A stretch of 64,000 nt of DNA from an uncultured Alphaproteobacteria bacterium (GTDB lineage: Bacteria; Pseudomonadota; Alphaproteobacteria; RF32; CAG-239). The notes beneath the pieces were generated by a model that saw nothing but the letters and a program-made list of their open reading frames with translations, had not been told where the DNA came from and ran no database searches. The stretch covers positions 197 to 64,196 of the forward strand of contig CALXUN010000007.1 in NCBI GenBank assembly GCA_944391705.1, written 5' to 3'. This document shows, in pieces, positions 47,520 through 57,103 of this stretch. Made by a program: the position numbers and the translations under genes. How positions within the stretch are numbered: position 1 is the first letter of the stretch; every line of letters starts with the position of its first letter.

Positions 47520-50500
47520 GTGTTAGGCAAAGTTAAAAAAATAGCGTTTTTATTTAAAGTAAGCTTTGTTATTATGATACTGGCTGTCAAACCGGTATAT
47601 GCGCAGGAAATCACGGCGATTGACTTTAATGGTGATTTAATCGGTAAAGTTATTCCGGATGGAACGGTTATCAGTTTTGACAACGCTATCCTTGGCAATG
47701 TGACGGCAGACAGCTTTATTGTAAATACAAAAGGTGAACTCATCGGCGGCGTCATTCCGCAAGGGATTGCTATCGGCAATGATAATAAACTTTTGGGACG
47801 TGTTAATAATGACGGCTCAGTACGTCTTCCGTCGGGAAAAATAGTCGGTAAGGTATTGCCTAATGCTCTGGTTGTAGATGATTCTTATAATGTGCTTGGT
47901 TCGGTATTATATCCGGGATTAATATATGATGACAATGGCAGAACGGTTGGACGTTTGACCGGAGATGGGGCTTACATCAGTTTGGAAGGACAGAATATAG
48001 GCTTTGTTTCACCGCTTGGATATGCATACCGTAATACCGGGAATGGTTTTGTTCTGGACGGTAAACTGATTTCTTCCAAAATGGTTGTTTCACCGGACGG
48101 AAATTTTATCGGCAGCGTTACGCCGGGCGGCCGCGTAACTGATTTTAATTCCAAAGCCATCGGGTTTGTACATGCCAACGGATATGTTTATGATGAAAAC
48201 GGACGGATAGTGGGAAAAACGGTTTCCAACAGTTATGCCTTTGATAATTTGGGAAAATATTTAGGGTTGGTTGCTTATAACGGAGAGGTTGTTAATGAAG
48301 GAAAAACGGTTGCCCGGTTGCGTGCTGATAATAAAGTTGTTGATGAAAACGGTTTGGTCATCGGTTTTGTTTTGGATATAGCGGCAACGGCGACGGATTT
48401 ACAAGGCCGCTATCTGGGGCGGCTTATGCCGGATGGCAAAATCGTCAAAGCACGCGAAACAGTCGGCACTGTCGGAGCCAGAGGATTTGTTAAAAACGTT
48501 GACGGTGAAATTATCGGTCAGATTGTTCAGTCAGGTCCGGTCTTTGATTATTTGGGAAATTTGGTTGCCCAGGCTTTGCGTAACGGCACAGTTCTTTCAA
48601 CGACGGGTACACCTTTAGGATATGTCAAGGGAAGTTTTGCCTATGATAATATCGGCAGACTTCTTGGTGCCGGTATGGACAACCGTCTTGTTTTTGACAA
48701 CAGTAATAATTTGTTAGGTTTAAGCGGTATCGGCTCTGATTTTACCAACAACGGTCTCAAACTGAAAATATCACCGTTCGGCTATGTTTATTCTGCCGAT
48801 AATTTACTGACAGGCCATACGGTCGGCTTAGATGCTTTATATGGTCAAAGCGGCAAAACGGAAGGATATGCCGGGGCTGATGGCAATCTGCAAGGCATAC
48901 CGCAAGAGCGTAATTATAAATTAACCCAGTTTGGAAACGTAATTAATCCTGAAAACACGGTTATGGCAGCCGGTATTAATCCGTTTTTTGCCATAGCAGA
49001 AGGTGCAAAAAATTTATTTTTTGCGGAAAATAATTTATTGATGAATGAAAAACAGGATGTGGTGGCAAAAATTTTGCCGGAATATAAAATTGTTGCAAGC
49101 TCGCAAGAGATAAATGACAAGATTATGCCGGTTATCGGTTCCGCCGGCACATCACCGCTTGCGGTCGGTATCAACGGGAATATGCTTGGTTATGTTGATT
49201 TTAACGGTATTGTCAGGGATTATTCCGGCAATCGCATTGGTTCAATGTTAGATGGAGAAACGGTTGCCGATACGAACAATGCCATTATCGGAAAAACAAT
49301 AGATTTTAAAGGTGTCGTTAATGATGAATGTACGTTTTTGGGCGTTATTGGCACAAAAGGCGAAATCCGCAACAGCCGCGATGTTATTTTAGGTAAAATT
49401 TTAACGAATGGCCAGGCGATTTCAGAAGTCGGAAATGTTATTGGTTTTGGTATTACCTCCGGAAACATTACGGATTTTGAGGGTAAATCGCTGGGCAATG
49501 TTAATACGGTTGGCCGGGTTTTGAACTATGCACAGGAAAATTTGGGCTGTATTCGTCGCGACGGAAGGTTTTATAACAGCGATAATCATTTTGTCGGCAG
49601 CCTTGTACAGCCGGCGCCGGTTATGAATTTTGAAAATATGTTGATAGGCCGCAGTGATTTAAACAGCCGCCTTGTCAATGATAAAAGCGAAACGATAGGA
49701 TATATTCGCCCGGATGGTACGGCTGTTTCGGATGAAGGCGAAGTTTTGGGAACTTCCTTCAGATATAAAGTCGCTTTTGATAATGAAAACAGCTTTTTAG
49801 GCAGAGTTATAGAAAACGGCAATGTTGTCAGCAATAAAAATGATGTATTGGGGCAGGTTCAGTTTGACGGGACGGTTGTTGCCGATAATAAGCCGATAGG
49901 TTATGCATTATATGATTTTTATATTTATGATGAAAACGGCCAGGCCATAGGTTATTTAACCCGTGACGGCATGGTTTCCAATTTTTCGGGCGGTCGTCTG
50001 GGTAAAGCTGATAAAGGCTTTTTGGTTGATAAAAACTATGTTTTAATCGGCCGCGGCAACCGAGATTATTTTATTCGGGACGAGGAGAATCAAGTCATTG
50101 GTGAATTGATGTTAAATGGCGAAGTCATTAACACAGAAGGTACGGTAGTGGGTAATATCACCGGCAGCGGCGAAATCAGGGATGCTGAGGAGAATATTTT
50201 GGCCACCGCCCGTGAATTACAATATTATAATGTCCACAAGCCGGAACCTGTTAAACCGGCGGATTGGGCAACACCGCCCACAAGTCAGATAAAAGTTGAT
50301 GCCGTACCGACGCCGCAGCCGGAGGAAGCCGGAGAATATGGTATGAAAACCATAGGCATAGCTTTAACGCCGGATGGAAATTATTTAGGCGATATTCTGG
50401 CAAACAATGATGTTATTGATAAGTTGGGAAATTTATTAGGCAAAAAGATGCCGGACGGCTTGATTATTGATGATGATGGAAATTTAATCGGTATTGAAGA

Positions 50501-51758
50501 AGCTAAAAATGTAACAGCAGGGCAAATGTTTGTTCCTGCCGGTACATTCGGCTCCGGTGGCGCATACGGTACTGGTACGGCGCCGATAAATTTAGGTCCC
50601 GGCGGCGGTTTTGGCCCGGGAGAAAGATATGATCCTGTTCGGGCGCAGGCCTTGGCGGCAGCACAAGCGGCTCGTCGTAGCGAAATGACGGTTGGACAGT
50701 TATCGACAACCGTTAAAAGAGAAGATTTTGACGGCCGTCAAAATTACTGGGAAGGTGTTGATAGAAGAATATCGACATGGCCGGTTGATATGAGCGAGAT
50801 GATTTTGGCTGACAAACCGATACCGGCAGTTTTGGCCAGAACAATTATGCCCGGAAGCACAGGAAATGTTCCGGTTACGGCAATTGTCGAAAGAAATGTT
50901 TATGCTGAAGACGGACGAAATATTGTCATTCCTGCCGGCAGCCGGGTCATGGGAGAATCATCGGGAGGTTCTGGCGGTGGGGGTAGCGGTGGTAACGGTG
51001 GTCCAGTCAGAGTATCCATTACCTGGAAACGTTTAATTCGTCCGGATGGTTCGGCGTTTGAATTTTCTGATGCTCAAACCGGTGATGCACAAGGAAAAGG
51101 CGGAGCATTGGGATATGTAGACGAACAATTGGCTAAAAGGTATACTTTACCGATAGTTACCAATCTTTTAAGCAGTGCCGTGGCATATGTTATGGCCGAT
51201 GGTGAGTCAACGACCAGCAGTGATGGCGGTACGACAGAAGACAGCAAAGCAGAAGCTGCCAGTGATGCTCGAGCGAGCTTCTTAGCTAATATGGATCAGA
51301 TGTTCCAGGATATTCTCAGAGATAAAACGAATATAGAATCGGTTACCTATGTTCCGGCCGGCACGCGTTTGATTATTTATCCGAAAGTGGATCTTTGGAT
51401 CAGGACGCCGGAACGTAGCGAAGATGAGGATCTGCAGGATAGAGAGAAACCGACAGTATTTATTGATAAAAGAAATCCGACGGGAGCGGGAGGTAGTAGC
51501 AGTAGCAGCGGTGGCAGTGCTGGTGGCAGCAGTACCACAACCGGAACTTCACCGGGGACCAGCGGTGTGGTATATCTGGATGAAAATGCAGAAGATATTC
51601 AGGCGACAAGACCGCTTATTGATAATACATCAAACAATAAGAAAAAGACGCCGGCATCAACAGCTATTCCGCCTGTAACCTCAACCGGAGCCACGCCGCC
51701 GCCACCGTCAACAACGAGTAAAACTTCCAACAACAACACTTCGGCTCAACTGTTTTAA
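47520..51758 (+). CDS. virB10: Giant VirB10/TrbI protein with N-terminal repeat array
   Basis: GTG start with GGAGG; signal PVYA|QE; ~870 aa of repeats; C-terminal IPAVLARTI, VERNVYAEDGRNIVIPAGSRVMG, WKRLIRPDG, DAQGKGG..G.VD, VPAGTRL. Confidence 0.88.
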   Translation: MLGKVKKIAFLFKVSFVIMILAVKPVYAQEITAIDFNGDLIGKVIPDGTVISFDNAILGNVTADSFIVNTKGELIGGVIPQGIAIGNDNKLLGRVNNDGSVRLPSGKIVGKVLPNALVVDDSYNVLGSVLYPGLIYDDNGRTVGRLTGDGAYISLEGQNIGFVSPLGYAYRNTGNGFVLDGKLISSKMVVSPDGNFIGSVTPGGRVTDFNSKAIGFVHANGYVYDENGRIVGKTVSNSYAFDNLGKYLGLVAYNGEVVNEGKTVARLRADNKVVDENGLVIGFVLDIAATATDLQGRYLGRLMPDGKIVKARETVGTVGARGFVKNVDGEIIGQIVQSGPVFDYLGNLVAQALRNGTVLSTTGTPLGYVKGSFAYDNIGRLLGAGMDNRLVFDNSNNLLGLSGIGSDFTNNGLKLKISPFGYVYSADNLLTGHTVGLDALYGQSGKTEGYAGADGNLQGIPQERNYKLTQFGNVINPENTVMAAGINPFFAIAEGAKNLFFAENNLLMNEKQDVVAKILPEYKIVASSQEINDKIMPVIGSAGTSPLAVGINGNMLGYVDFNGIVRDYSGNRIGSMLDGETVADTNNAIIGKTIDFKGVVNDECTFLGVIGTKGEIRNSRDVILGKILTNGQAISEVGNVIGFGITSGNITDFEGKSLGNVNTVGRVLNYAQENLGCIRRDGRFYNSDNHFVGSLVQPAPVMNFENMLIGRSDLNSRLVNDKSETIGYIRPDGTAVSDEGEVLGTSFRYKVAFDNENSFLGRVIENGNVVSNKNDVLGQVQFDGTVVADNKPIGYALYDFYIYDENGQAIGYLTRDGMVSNFSGGRLGKADKGFLVDKNYVLIGRGNRDYFIRDEENQVIGELMLNGEVINTEGTVVGNITGSGEIRDAEENILATARELQYYNVHKPEPVKPADWATPPTSQIKVDAVPTPQPEEAGEYGMKTIGIALTPDGNYLGDILANNDVIDKLGNLLGKKMPDGLIIDDDGNLIGIEEAKNVTAGQMFVPAGTFGSGGAYGTGTAPINLGPGGGFGPGERYDPVRAQALAAAQAARRSEMTVGQLSTTVKREDFDGRQNYWEGVDRRISTWPVDMSEMILADKPIPAVLARTIMPGSTGNVPVTAIVERNVYAEDGRNIVIPAGSRVMGESSGGSGGGGSGGNGGPVRVSITWKRLIRPDGSAFEFSDAQTGDAQGKGGALGYVDEQLAKRYTLPIVTNLLSSAVAYVMADGESTTSSDGGTTEDSKAEAASDARASFLANMDQMFQDILRDKTNIESVTYVPAGTRLIIYPKVDLWIRTPERSEDEDLQDREKPTVFIDKRNPTGAGGSSSSSGGSAGGSSTTTGTSPGTSGVVYLDENAEDIQATRPLIDNTSNNKKKTPASTAIPPVTSTGATPPPPSTTSKTSNNNTSAQLF

Positions 51759-51775
51759 GAAAAAGGAAAGGGAAA

Positions 51776-52747
51776 ATGAGTACATTTACGGTTTTGGAAT
51801 CTGTTTTACGGCCCTTAGCCTACTGGTATAACCAGGAAAACATAGAGGAAGTGGCTATTAACCGCTCGGAGCAGATTTGGCTGCGTCTGCGTGGAAAAAG
51901 AGCTTATCCGTGGGTGATGTATAAAGATGAAAAACTAACCAAAGAATATTTAACAGATCTTTTATATATTGTTGCCAATACGTATGAATTGCCGTTTGAT
52001 CCGATTTCCGGTTCACCGGTCGTTTATGCGACCATCCCCGGTGATCATCGTTTTTCAGCCATAGCCGGGCGGAACGTGATGTACGATGAAGGGGATTTAA
52101 CCGGCGGGGTTGCTTTAACAATCCGTGTTCACAGTGATGACGTTGCTTTCGGTTTGGAAGATTATGGTTTGGCACAAGGAAAAGGTCTGCATAAAATAAA
52201 CCCTTTGAAACAAATTAAAGATCCGGAAGATCCGTATGAGCGTTTGTTGTTAAGCATTAAACGAGGTGATCATATTTTAGTCAGCGGGGCGACATCAACC
52301 GGTAAAACAACATTTTTAAACAACCTGCTTAAAATTCTGGATATTCATAAAAGAATAGTAACAATTGAAGATACACGCGAATTGTTGGTGCCGCACCCCA
52401 ATCGTGTTCACTTGGTTTTATCGCGTACCGAACAAACCAATGAAATGGATTATGCCAAAATCATTGACTTGGTGGTGCGTTTTACGCCGGATGCTATTAT
52501 CGGCGGTGAGATTTCGACCAGCAATGCCGGGGCGTTATGGGAGCTTATGGGCTCCGGTCACGATAACTGTCTGGCTACCATCCACGCCGAAAGTTCTGAG
52601 GCGGCGTATCAGGCTTTTACGGATCGTATTTTGCATACTTATCCGACAATTGACAGAGCCAAAACAATTGAAGAAATGCGTCACAAACTTCGTGTCGTTC
52701 AAATTAATCGTGACGGCAACCTGCGTGCAATTACGGAAGTTACGTAA
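51776..52747 (+). CDS. virB11: VirB11 family ATPase
   Basis: IEEVAINR, ILVSGATSTGKTTFLN, RIVTIEDTREL, RFTPDAIIGGEI, SGH..LATIHA. Confidence 0.9.
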   Translation: MSTFTVLESVLRPLAYWYNQENIEEVAINRSEQIWLRLRGKRAYPWVMYKDEKLTKEYLTDLLYIVANTYELPFDPISGSPVVYATIPGDHRFSAIAGRNVMYDEGDLTGGVALTIRVHSDDVAFGLEDYGLAQGKGLHKINPLKQIKDPEDPYERLLLSIKRGDHILVSGATSTGKTTFLNNLLKILDIHKRIVTIEDTRELLVPHPNRVHLVLSRTEQTNEMDYAKIIDLVVRFTPDAIIGGEISTSNAGALWELMGSGHDNCLATIHAESSEAAYQAFTDRILHTYPTIDRAKTIEEMRHKLRVVQINRDGNLRAITEVT

Positions 52748-52759
52748 AAAACAGCATAT

Positions 52760-52788
52760 AAAAAGCACCCGGTTTCGGGTGCTTTTTT
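52760..52788. terminator. Bidirectional terminator between virB11 and engB
   Basis: aaaaagcacccg-gttt-cgggtgctttttt. Confidence 0.8.
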
Positions 52789-52803
52789 ACAAAATTTTTT
52801 ATG

Positions 52804-53442
52804 TTAAAGAAGTCCGGCAATTTCAGCACGCACATTTTCAACCCCCTGCTGTTTTTCGGCACTGACTGCCAAAATACGGGGATAACCGGCCGGATGAATT
52901 TTAAGACTTCGTTGCGCTTCATGCATAACTTTAATCAACTCTTTGTAACTTATTTTATCAGCTTTGGTAAAGACAATTTGGTAAGTAACGGCAGATTTAT
53001 CAAGCATTGACATAATATCGGTATCAATCTTTTTTAACCCATGCCGGCAGTCAACCAATAAAAACACCCGTTGCAAGTTTGTCCGTCCTTTTAGGTAAAC
53101 AAAAATCATATCCTGCCATTTTTTAGCTTCAGCGGTCGGTGCTTTGGCATATCCGTAACCGGGCAAATCTACAAGATACAGGCTGTTATCAAGCTCGAAA
53201 AAATTTAGATGTTGGGTTCTTCCGGGGGTTGAAGAAGTTTTAGCCATGTTTTTGTTGTTAAACAAAGCATTAATCAGTGTCGATTTTCCAACATTTGACC
53301 GGCCGATAAACGCGACTTCTTTTTTATCATCAACAGGAAGCTGGGAAAGACTGGCCACACTCAACAGAAAACGTGCCGGACGGGAAAATAACATACGCCC
53401 TTTTTCCAAAGTTTCGGCATCAAAAACAGGTTCTCTTCGCAT
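52804..53442 (-). CDS. engB: GTP-binding protein EngB/YihA
   Basis: GRSNVGKSTLIN, TSSTPGRT, DLPGYGY, TKADK. Confidence 0.95.
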   Translation of the reverse strand: MRREPVFDAETLEKGRMLFSRPARFLLSVASLSQLPVDDKKEVAFIGRSNVGKSTLINALFNNKNMAKTSSTPGRTQHLNFFELDNSLYLVDLPGYGYAKAPTAEAKKWQDMIFVYLKGRTNLQRVFLLVDCRHGLKKIDTDIMSMLDKSAVTYQIVFTKADKISYKELIKVMHEAQRSLKIHPAGYPRILAVSAEKQQGVENVRAEIAGLL

Positions 53443-55136
53443 CAGTTCACTCCGTATTTACGCATAATGGCTCTTTGTTGCAAAATTGATAACACATTGC
53501 TTAGTGTCCAATATATTACCAAACCGGAGGCAAAATGTCCAAGCATAAATGTAAAAATCAAAGGCATTAAAGCAAACATTCTGGCCTGGTCTTTATTTGC
53601 CGGTGCCGGATTAAGCTTTTGTTGAATCCACATTGTAAGCCCCATTAAAATCGGCCAGATCCCGATATCAATCAGTCCCGGCAGCGGGATATGCGACCAA
53701 ACAGAAATCGTCAACGGGTCTGGCGCCGAAAGGTCTTTAATCCAACCGATAAACGGTGCATGCCTGATTTCAATAGAGATGTTTAAAACCTTATATAATG
53801 AGAAAAAGACAGGAATCTGAATAAACAACGGAAGACAACCGGATGCCGGATTAATTTTTTCCCGCCGGTACAAATCCATGGTAGATTGTTGCAAAAGCAT
53901 TTTGTTATCTTTGTATTTTTCCTGCAATTCCATGACCTTAGGCTGGATTTTTTTCATTTTGGTCATGCTCTCATAAGATTTGTTGGCAATCGGAAACATC
54001 AAAAGCCGGAGCAGGGCCGCAAACAATAAGATTGCCCAGCCCATATTGCCGATAAGCCCGTATAAAAATGTCAGGATATAGAAAAACGGCTTGGTTAAAA
54101 AATAATACCAGCCAAAATCAACGGCCAGGTCAAGTTTCTGGATATGTTCTTCATCGGTATAACGGTCCAAAAGTTTAATTTCTTTGGCACCGGCAAAAAA
54201 GCGGACTTGCTTGGAAGCGGCAGCACCGGAAGCAATTGTCAGTGGTTCGCCGCGGTAATCAACCTGATATGTTTCATTGCCGTTATTAGAAAATTTTAAG
54301 GTGTTTTTTGCCCCGTTATCAAAAATAAAAGCCGTAAACCAATAACGATCGGAAAAACCGGTCCAGCCTTCGCTTAATTCAAAAGTTTCCGGTTTTCCCT
54401 CTTTCAAATCTTTATATTTAAATTCTTCCAGACTGCCGTCAATAACACTGCTGATGCCTTCATGCACCACCGCGCTGCGGGATATATTGTCAGGGTCATA
54501 AACCTTGCTGATAAGCCCGTAAGGATATAAAACAACCGGATTTACGGTATTATTTTCAACCGTCTGGGTAATGGTAAATAAATAGTTTTCATCAACGGTA
54601 ACGGTACGAATAAATTTTAAGCCCTGGCCATTATCCCATTCAAATGTAACAGGTGTCTGCGGGGTAAGCTCTTTGCCTCTGACTGTCCATAAAGTTTCAG
54701 AATTCGGCAGTTTAAGCCCGGCATCCGAACTCAGCCAGCCGAGTTCGGCAAAATAAGGTGTTGCAGAGCCGGATGGTGCCAAAAGCTCAACATCAGGACT
54801 GTCAGCTTCTAATGTTTGTTTGTATTTTGTGAGGTTAAGGTAATCAAACCGGGCGCCTTTTATACGAATGCTGCCATTCAAACTGGGAGTTTTTACGGTT
54901 ATTCTTTTTTCATTTTTGACAATGTCTTGCGGCGTTTTCGCGGTTACAACAGCATCATCGGCGGAAGTTTTCTTTTCTGTCCCGGTCTCATTGACTGAAG
55001 AAACCTCCGGAACGCTTGAACCCGGAGCAACACCGTCATCAACCATTTGCTGGGTCGGCATAAAATAGTTAACGGCAAAGATAATTAAAATAGACAGCAA
55101 AACTGCCAAATACAAACCTTTTGTTTCTTCTTTCAC
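53442..55136 (-). CDS. yidC: Membrane protein insertase YidC
   Basis: DFGWYYFLTKP, GNMGWAI, NPASGCLP..IQIPVF, WIKDLSAPD, GLVIYW. Confidence 0.96.
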   Translation of the reverse strand: MKEETKGLYLAVLLSILIIFAVNYFMPTQQMVDDGVAPGSSVPEVSSVNETGTEKKTSADDAVVTAKTPQDIVKNEKRITVKTPSLNGSIRIKGARFDYLNLTKYKQTLEADSPDVELLAPSGSATPYFAELGWLSSDAGLKLPNSETLWTVRGKELTPQTPVTFEWDNGQGLKFIRTVTVDENYLFTITQTVENNTVNPVVLYPYGLISKVYDPDNISRSAVVHEGISSVIDGSLEEFKYKDLKEGKPETFELSEGWTGFSDRYWFTAFIFDNGAKNTLKFSNNGNETYQVDYRGEPLTIASGAAASKQVRFFAGAKEIKLLDRYTDEEHIQKLDLAVDFGWYYFLTKPFFYILTFLYGLIGNMGWAILLFAALLRLLMFPIANKSYESMTKMKKIQPKVMELQEKYKDNKMLLQQSTMDLYRREKINPASGCLPLFIQIPVFFSLYKVLNISIEIRHAPFIGWIKDLSAPDPLTISVWSHIPLPGLIDIGIWPILMGLTMWIQQKLNPAPANKDQARMFALMPLIFTFMLGHFASGLVIYWTLSNVLSILQQRAIMRKYGVN

Positions 55137-55250
55137 TTTTTTAAAAACTCCCTAAATATCAGACATTGTTTTCTTGTTGTAATATATATTTTTAGTAAAC
55201 GCAAGCAGATTAAAACCGGGGCCGGCCGGTTGTTGATTAAAAAGAATAAA

Positions 55251-55487
55251 TTACGATGGCTTTTTTTTCGTTTTTTTCTCCGGTACGGGGTCATAGCCCG
55301 AACCACCCCACGGATGACAGCGTAAAATCCTCCGGATACCAAGGTATAATCCCTTAAAAATGCCGTGAATTTGTATGGCCTCAATCATGTACTGTGAGCA
55401 CGTCGGACGATAACGGCAGCACCCCGGGCAAAACGGGGAAATAAATTTTTGATAAAATCTGACAATATAAATCAGAATACGTTTCAT
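55251..55487 (-). CDS. yidD: Membrane protein insertion efficiency factor YidD
   Basis: [34 protein letters not shown]. Confidence 0.95.
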   Translation of the reverse strand: MKRILIYIVRFYQKFISPFCPGCCRYRPTCSQYMIEAIQIHGIFKGLYLGIRRILRCHPWGGSGYDPVPEKKTKKKPS

Positions 55488-55507
55488 AAAAAAATCCAGA
55501 TACTTTT

Positions 55508-55945
55508 CTACTCCGGAACACATTCCCCGTCTGTTATGGACGTTTGTGCGGCCGTTTCGGGTTCGGTAGTTTCATTTTCCGGCGGATTTTGTGCTTCCAG
55601 AAGCATTTTATTGGTTTTTTTCAATGCCCATTTAATATCGCTTTTTAAGGTTTTAAACCGGCAGTCTGCTGTGTTGTAGCGCCCGATAAGCACGTATTCG
55701 ACATTGGGCAGTGCCAAATCCGGAAACACTTCCCGTACCACGGCACGCAGCCGGCGTTTGGTACGATTGCGGACATGCGCTTTGCCGATTTTTTTTGTTG
55801 CGGTATACCCGATCTTAAACGGTACCGGGTCTTTAGATAAACTTGGAGCCGCCTGCAGGATAGCCGTTGATACGACCATACGAATCCCTTGGGCGACTCT
55901 CAAAAAGTCTTTTCTTTTTTTTAAGACTGAAATTTTCTTCTGCAT
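55508..55945 (-). CDS. rnpA: Ribonuclease P protein component
   Basis: [29 protein letters not shown]. Confidence 0.93.
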   Translation of the reverse strand: MQKKISVLKKRKDFLRVAQGIRMVVSTAILQAAPSLSKDPVPFKIGYTATKKIGKAHVRNRTKRRLRAVVREVFPDLALPNVEYVLIGRYNTADCRFKTLKSDIKWALKKTNKMLLEAQNPPENETTEPETAAQTSITDGECVPE

Positions 55946-55964
55946 AACTTAAGCAACATAAGAC

Positions 55965-56099
55965 TTAAGCGGAAAGTTTTTTACGGCCTCTCAAACGACG
56001 GGCGGCTAAAACTTTACGTCCGCCGGCGGTAGCCATACGGGCGCGGAATCCATGGCGGCGTGCTCTGACGAGCTTACTGGGTTGATATGTTCTTTTCAT
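55965..56099 (-). CDS. rpmH: 50S ribosomal protein L34 (not in the ORF track)
   Basis: [44 protein letters not shown]. Confidence 0.97.
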   Translation of the reverse strand: MKRTYQPSKLVRARRHGFRARMATAGGRKVLAARRLRGRKKLSA

Positions 56100-56449
56100 A
56101 TTAAATCTCCGGTTAATTATTGATTATTTAAAGCTTTTTTTATTTTTAAAAAGCTCTCGGGTTCACCCTGCTTATACTGATTATTTTTTTTAAAGTCAAG
56201 CACTATTGCAAATGTCTTGATATAAAAGGAAATTGCCGATTACTGCGACATGTCCGAATTTTAACGCTGATTTGAGGCTGTCTTGCGAGATGCTTGTTGT
56301 TTATTATGTTCATTGATGACGTTATGATTTTGCGGATTTTGGCGCTTAATAGTGACAACCACATCCAATAAATAAGCGATACTGTCTTTCAGGCAAAGAA
56401 TATTGACTGTAAAAGCAATATCTGATATGTTTAGTATATAAAATTTTAG

Positions 56450-56997
56450 CGGAGCAAGAAACATGGACAAGGCAAAAGCGATAGAAGCAGCATCAAAGTT
56501 CAAGGAAGATTGGGAGATAGATCCGAAAGAACAGCATGGATTGCATAAAAGGACGGGGTTTGAGATAGATTTAGGTTCAGTATGGTATGATGAAGAAGGA
56601 CAGATGAAGTATGATGCCGTATTTTGGTATAATGAAGGATATAAAGACCGGGAAGGGACGATAGAAGAGATAAACGAGTTACAGCGTCAGTTTGGGATCT
56701 TGTATGAAGCCGGTTATATGCCCGGTATGACGGATGAAGAATATGAAGAAGAAAGTCGTCGGATACATGAAGAAGCTGCTAAAGCTCGAGCGGAGTTTCA
56801 AGCGCAAGCGGCGAAAGAAGAGGAGTGGCGCCGCACCCACCCGGAGGAATATCAGGCTATGATAAAGAAGAATTTGGAAAATGCCCGCAAGCGCAAAATT
56901 CAATGGTTTCTTGACCGCGATTTGCCGGTACCGGACAGCTTAAAGAACAATGAACGCTAATCCGGAGCAAGAAATATGGACAAGGCAAAAGCGATAG
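56450..56997 (+). repeat. 35-bp direct repeats (56450-56484 and 56963-56997, one mismatch)
   Basis: cggagcaagaaa(c/t)atggacaaggcaaaagcgatag occurs twice. Confidence 0.9.
56463..56960 (+). CDS. Hypothetical acidic cytoplasmic protein
   Basis: 165-aa ORF with GGAG RBS; no recognisable family. Confidence 0.65.
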   Translation: MDKAKAIEAASKFKEDWEIDPKEQHGLHKRTGFEIDLGSVWYDEEGQMKYDAVFWYNEGYKDREGTIEEINELQRQFGILYEAGYMPGMTDEEYEEESRRIHEEAAKARAEFQAQAAKEEEWRRTHPEEYQAMIKKNLENARKRKIQWFLDRDLPVPDSLKNNER

Positions 56998-57049
56998 TCA
57001 ATTAATAAAAATTGCAATTACAGCAGCAAACAATCATTAAACAAAAAAT

Positions 57050-57074
57050 AAAGAGACTGAAATGCAGTCTCTTT
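57050..57074. terminator. Terminator hairpin between convergent genes
   Basis: aaagagactg-aaatg-cagtctcttt, with an A-run at its left (T-tail on the minus strand). Confidence 0.65.
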
Positions 57075-57103
57075 ACCAAAACACATATTTTCGTATGTGA
57101 CCG

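Noticed and set aside
44530-50220. CRISPR-like or RHS/YD repeats
   Set aside because: Repeats are in-frame, degenerate at the DNA level and lack spacers; there is no RHS core end motif or toxin tip
15361-52803. ICE or prophage boundaries around the locus
   Set aside because: No tRNA, att-like direct repeats, integrase or phage genes seen; the junctions contain only terminators
56100-56450. oriC next to rpmH
   Set aside because: No dnaA gene and no TTATCCACA boxes seen
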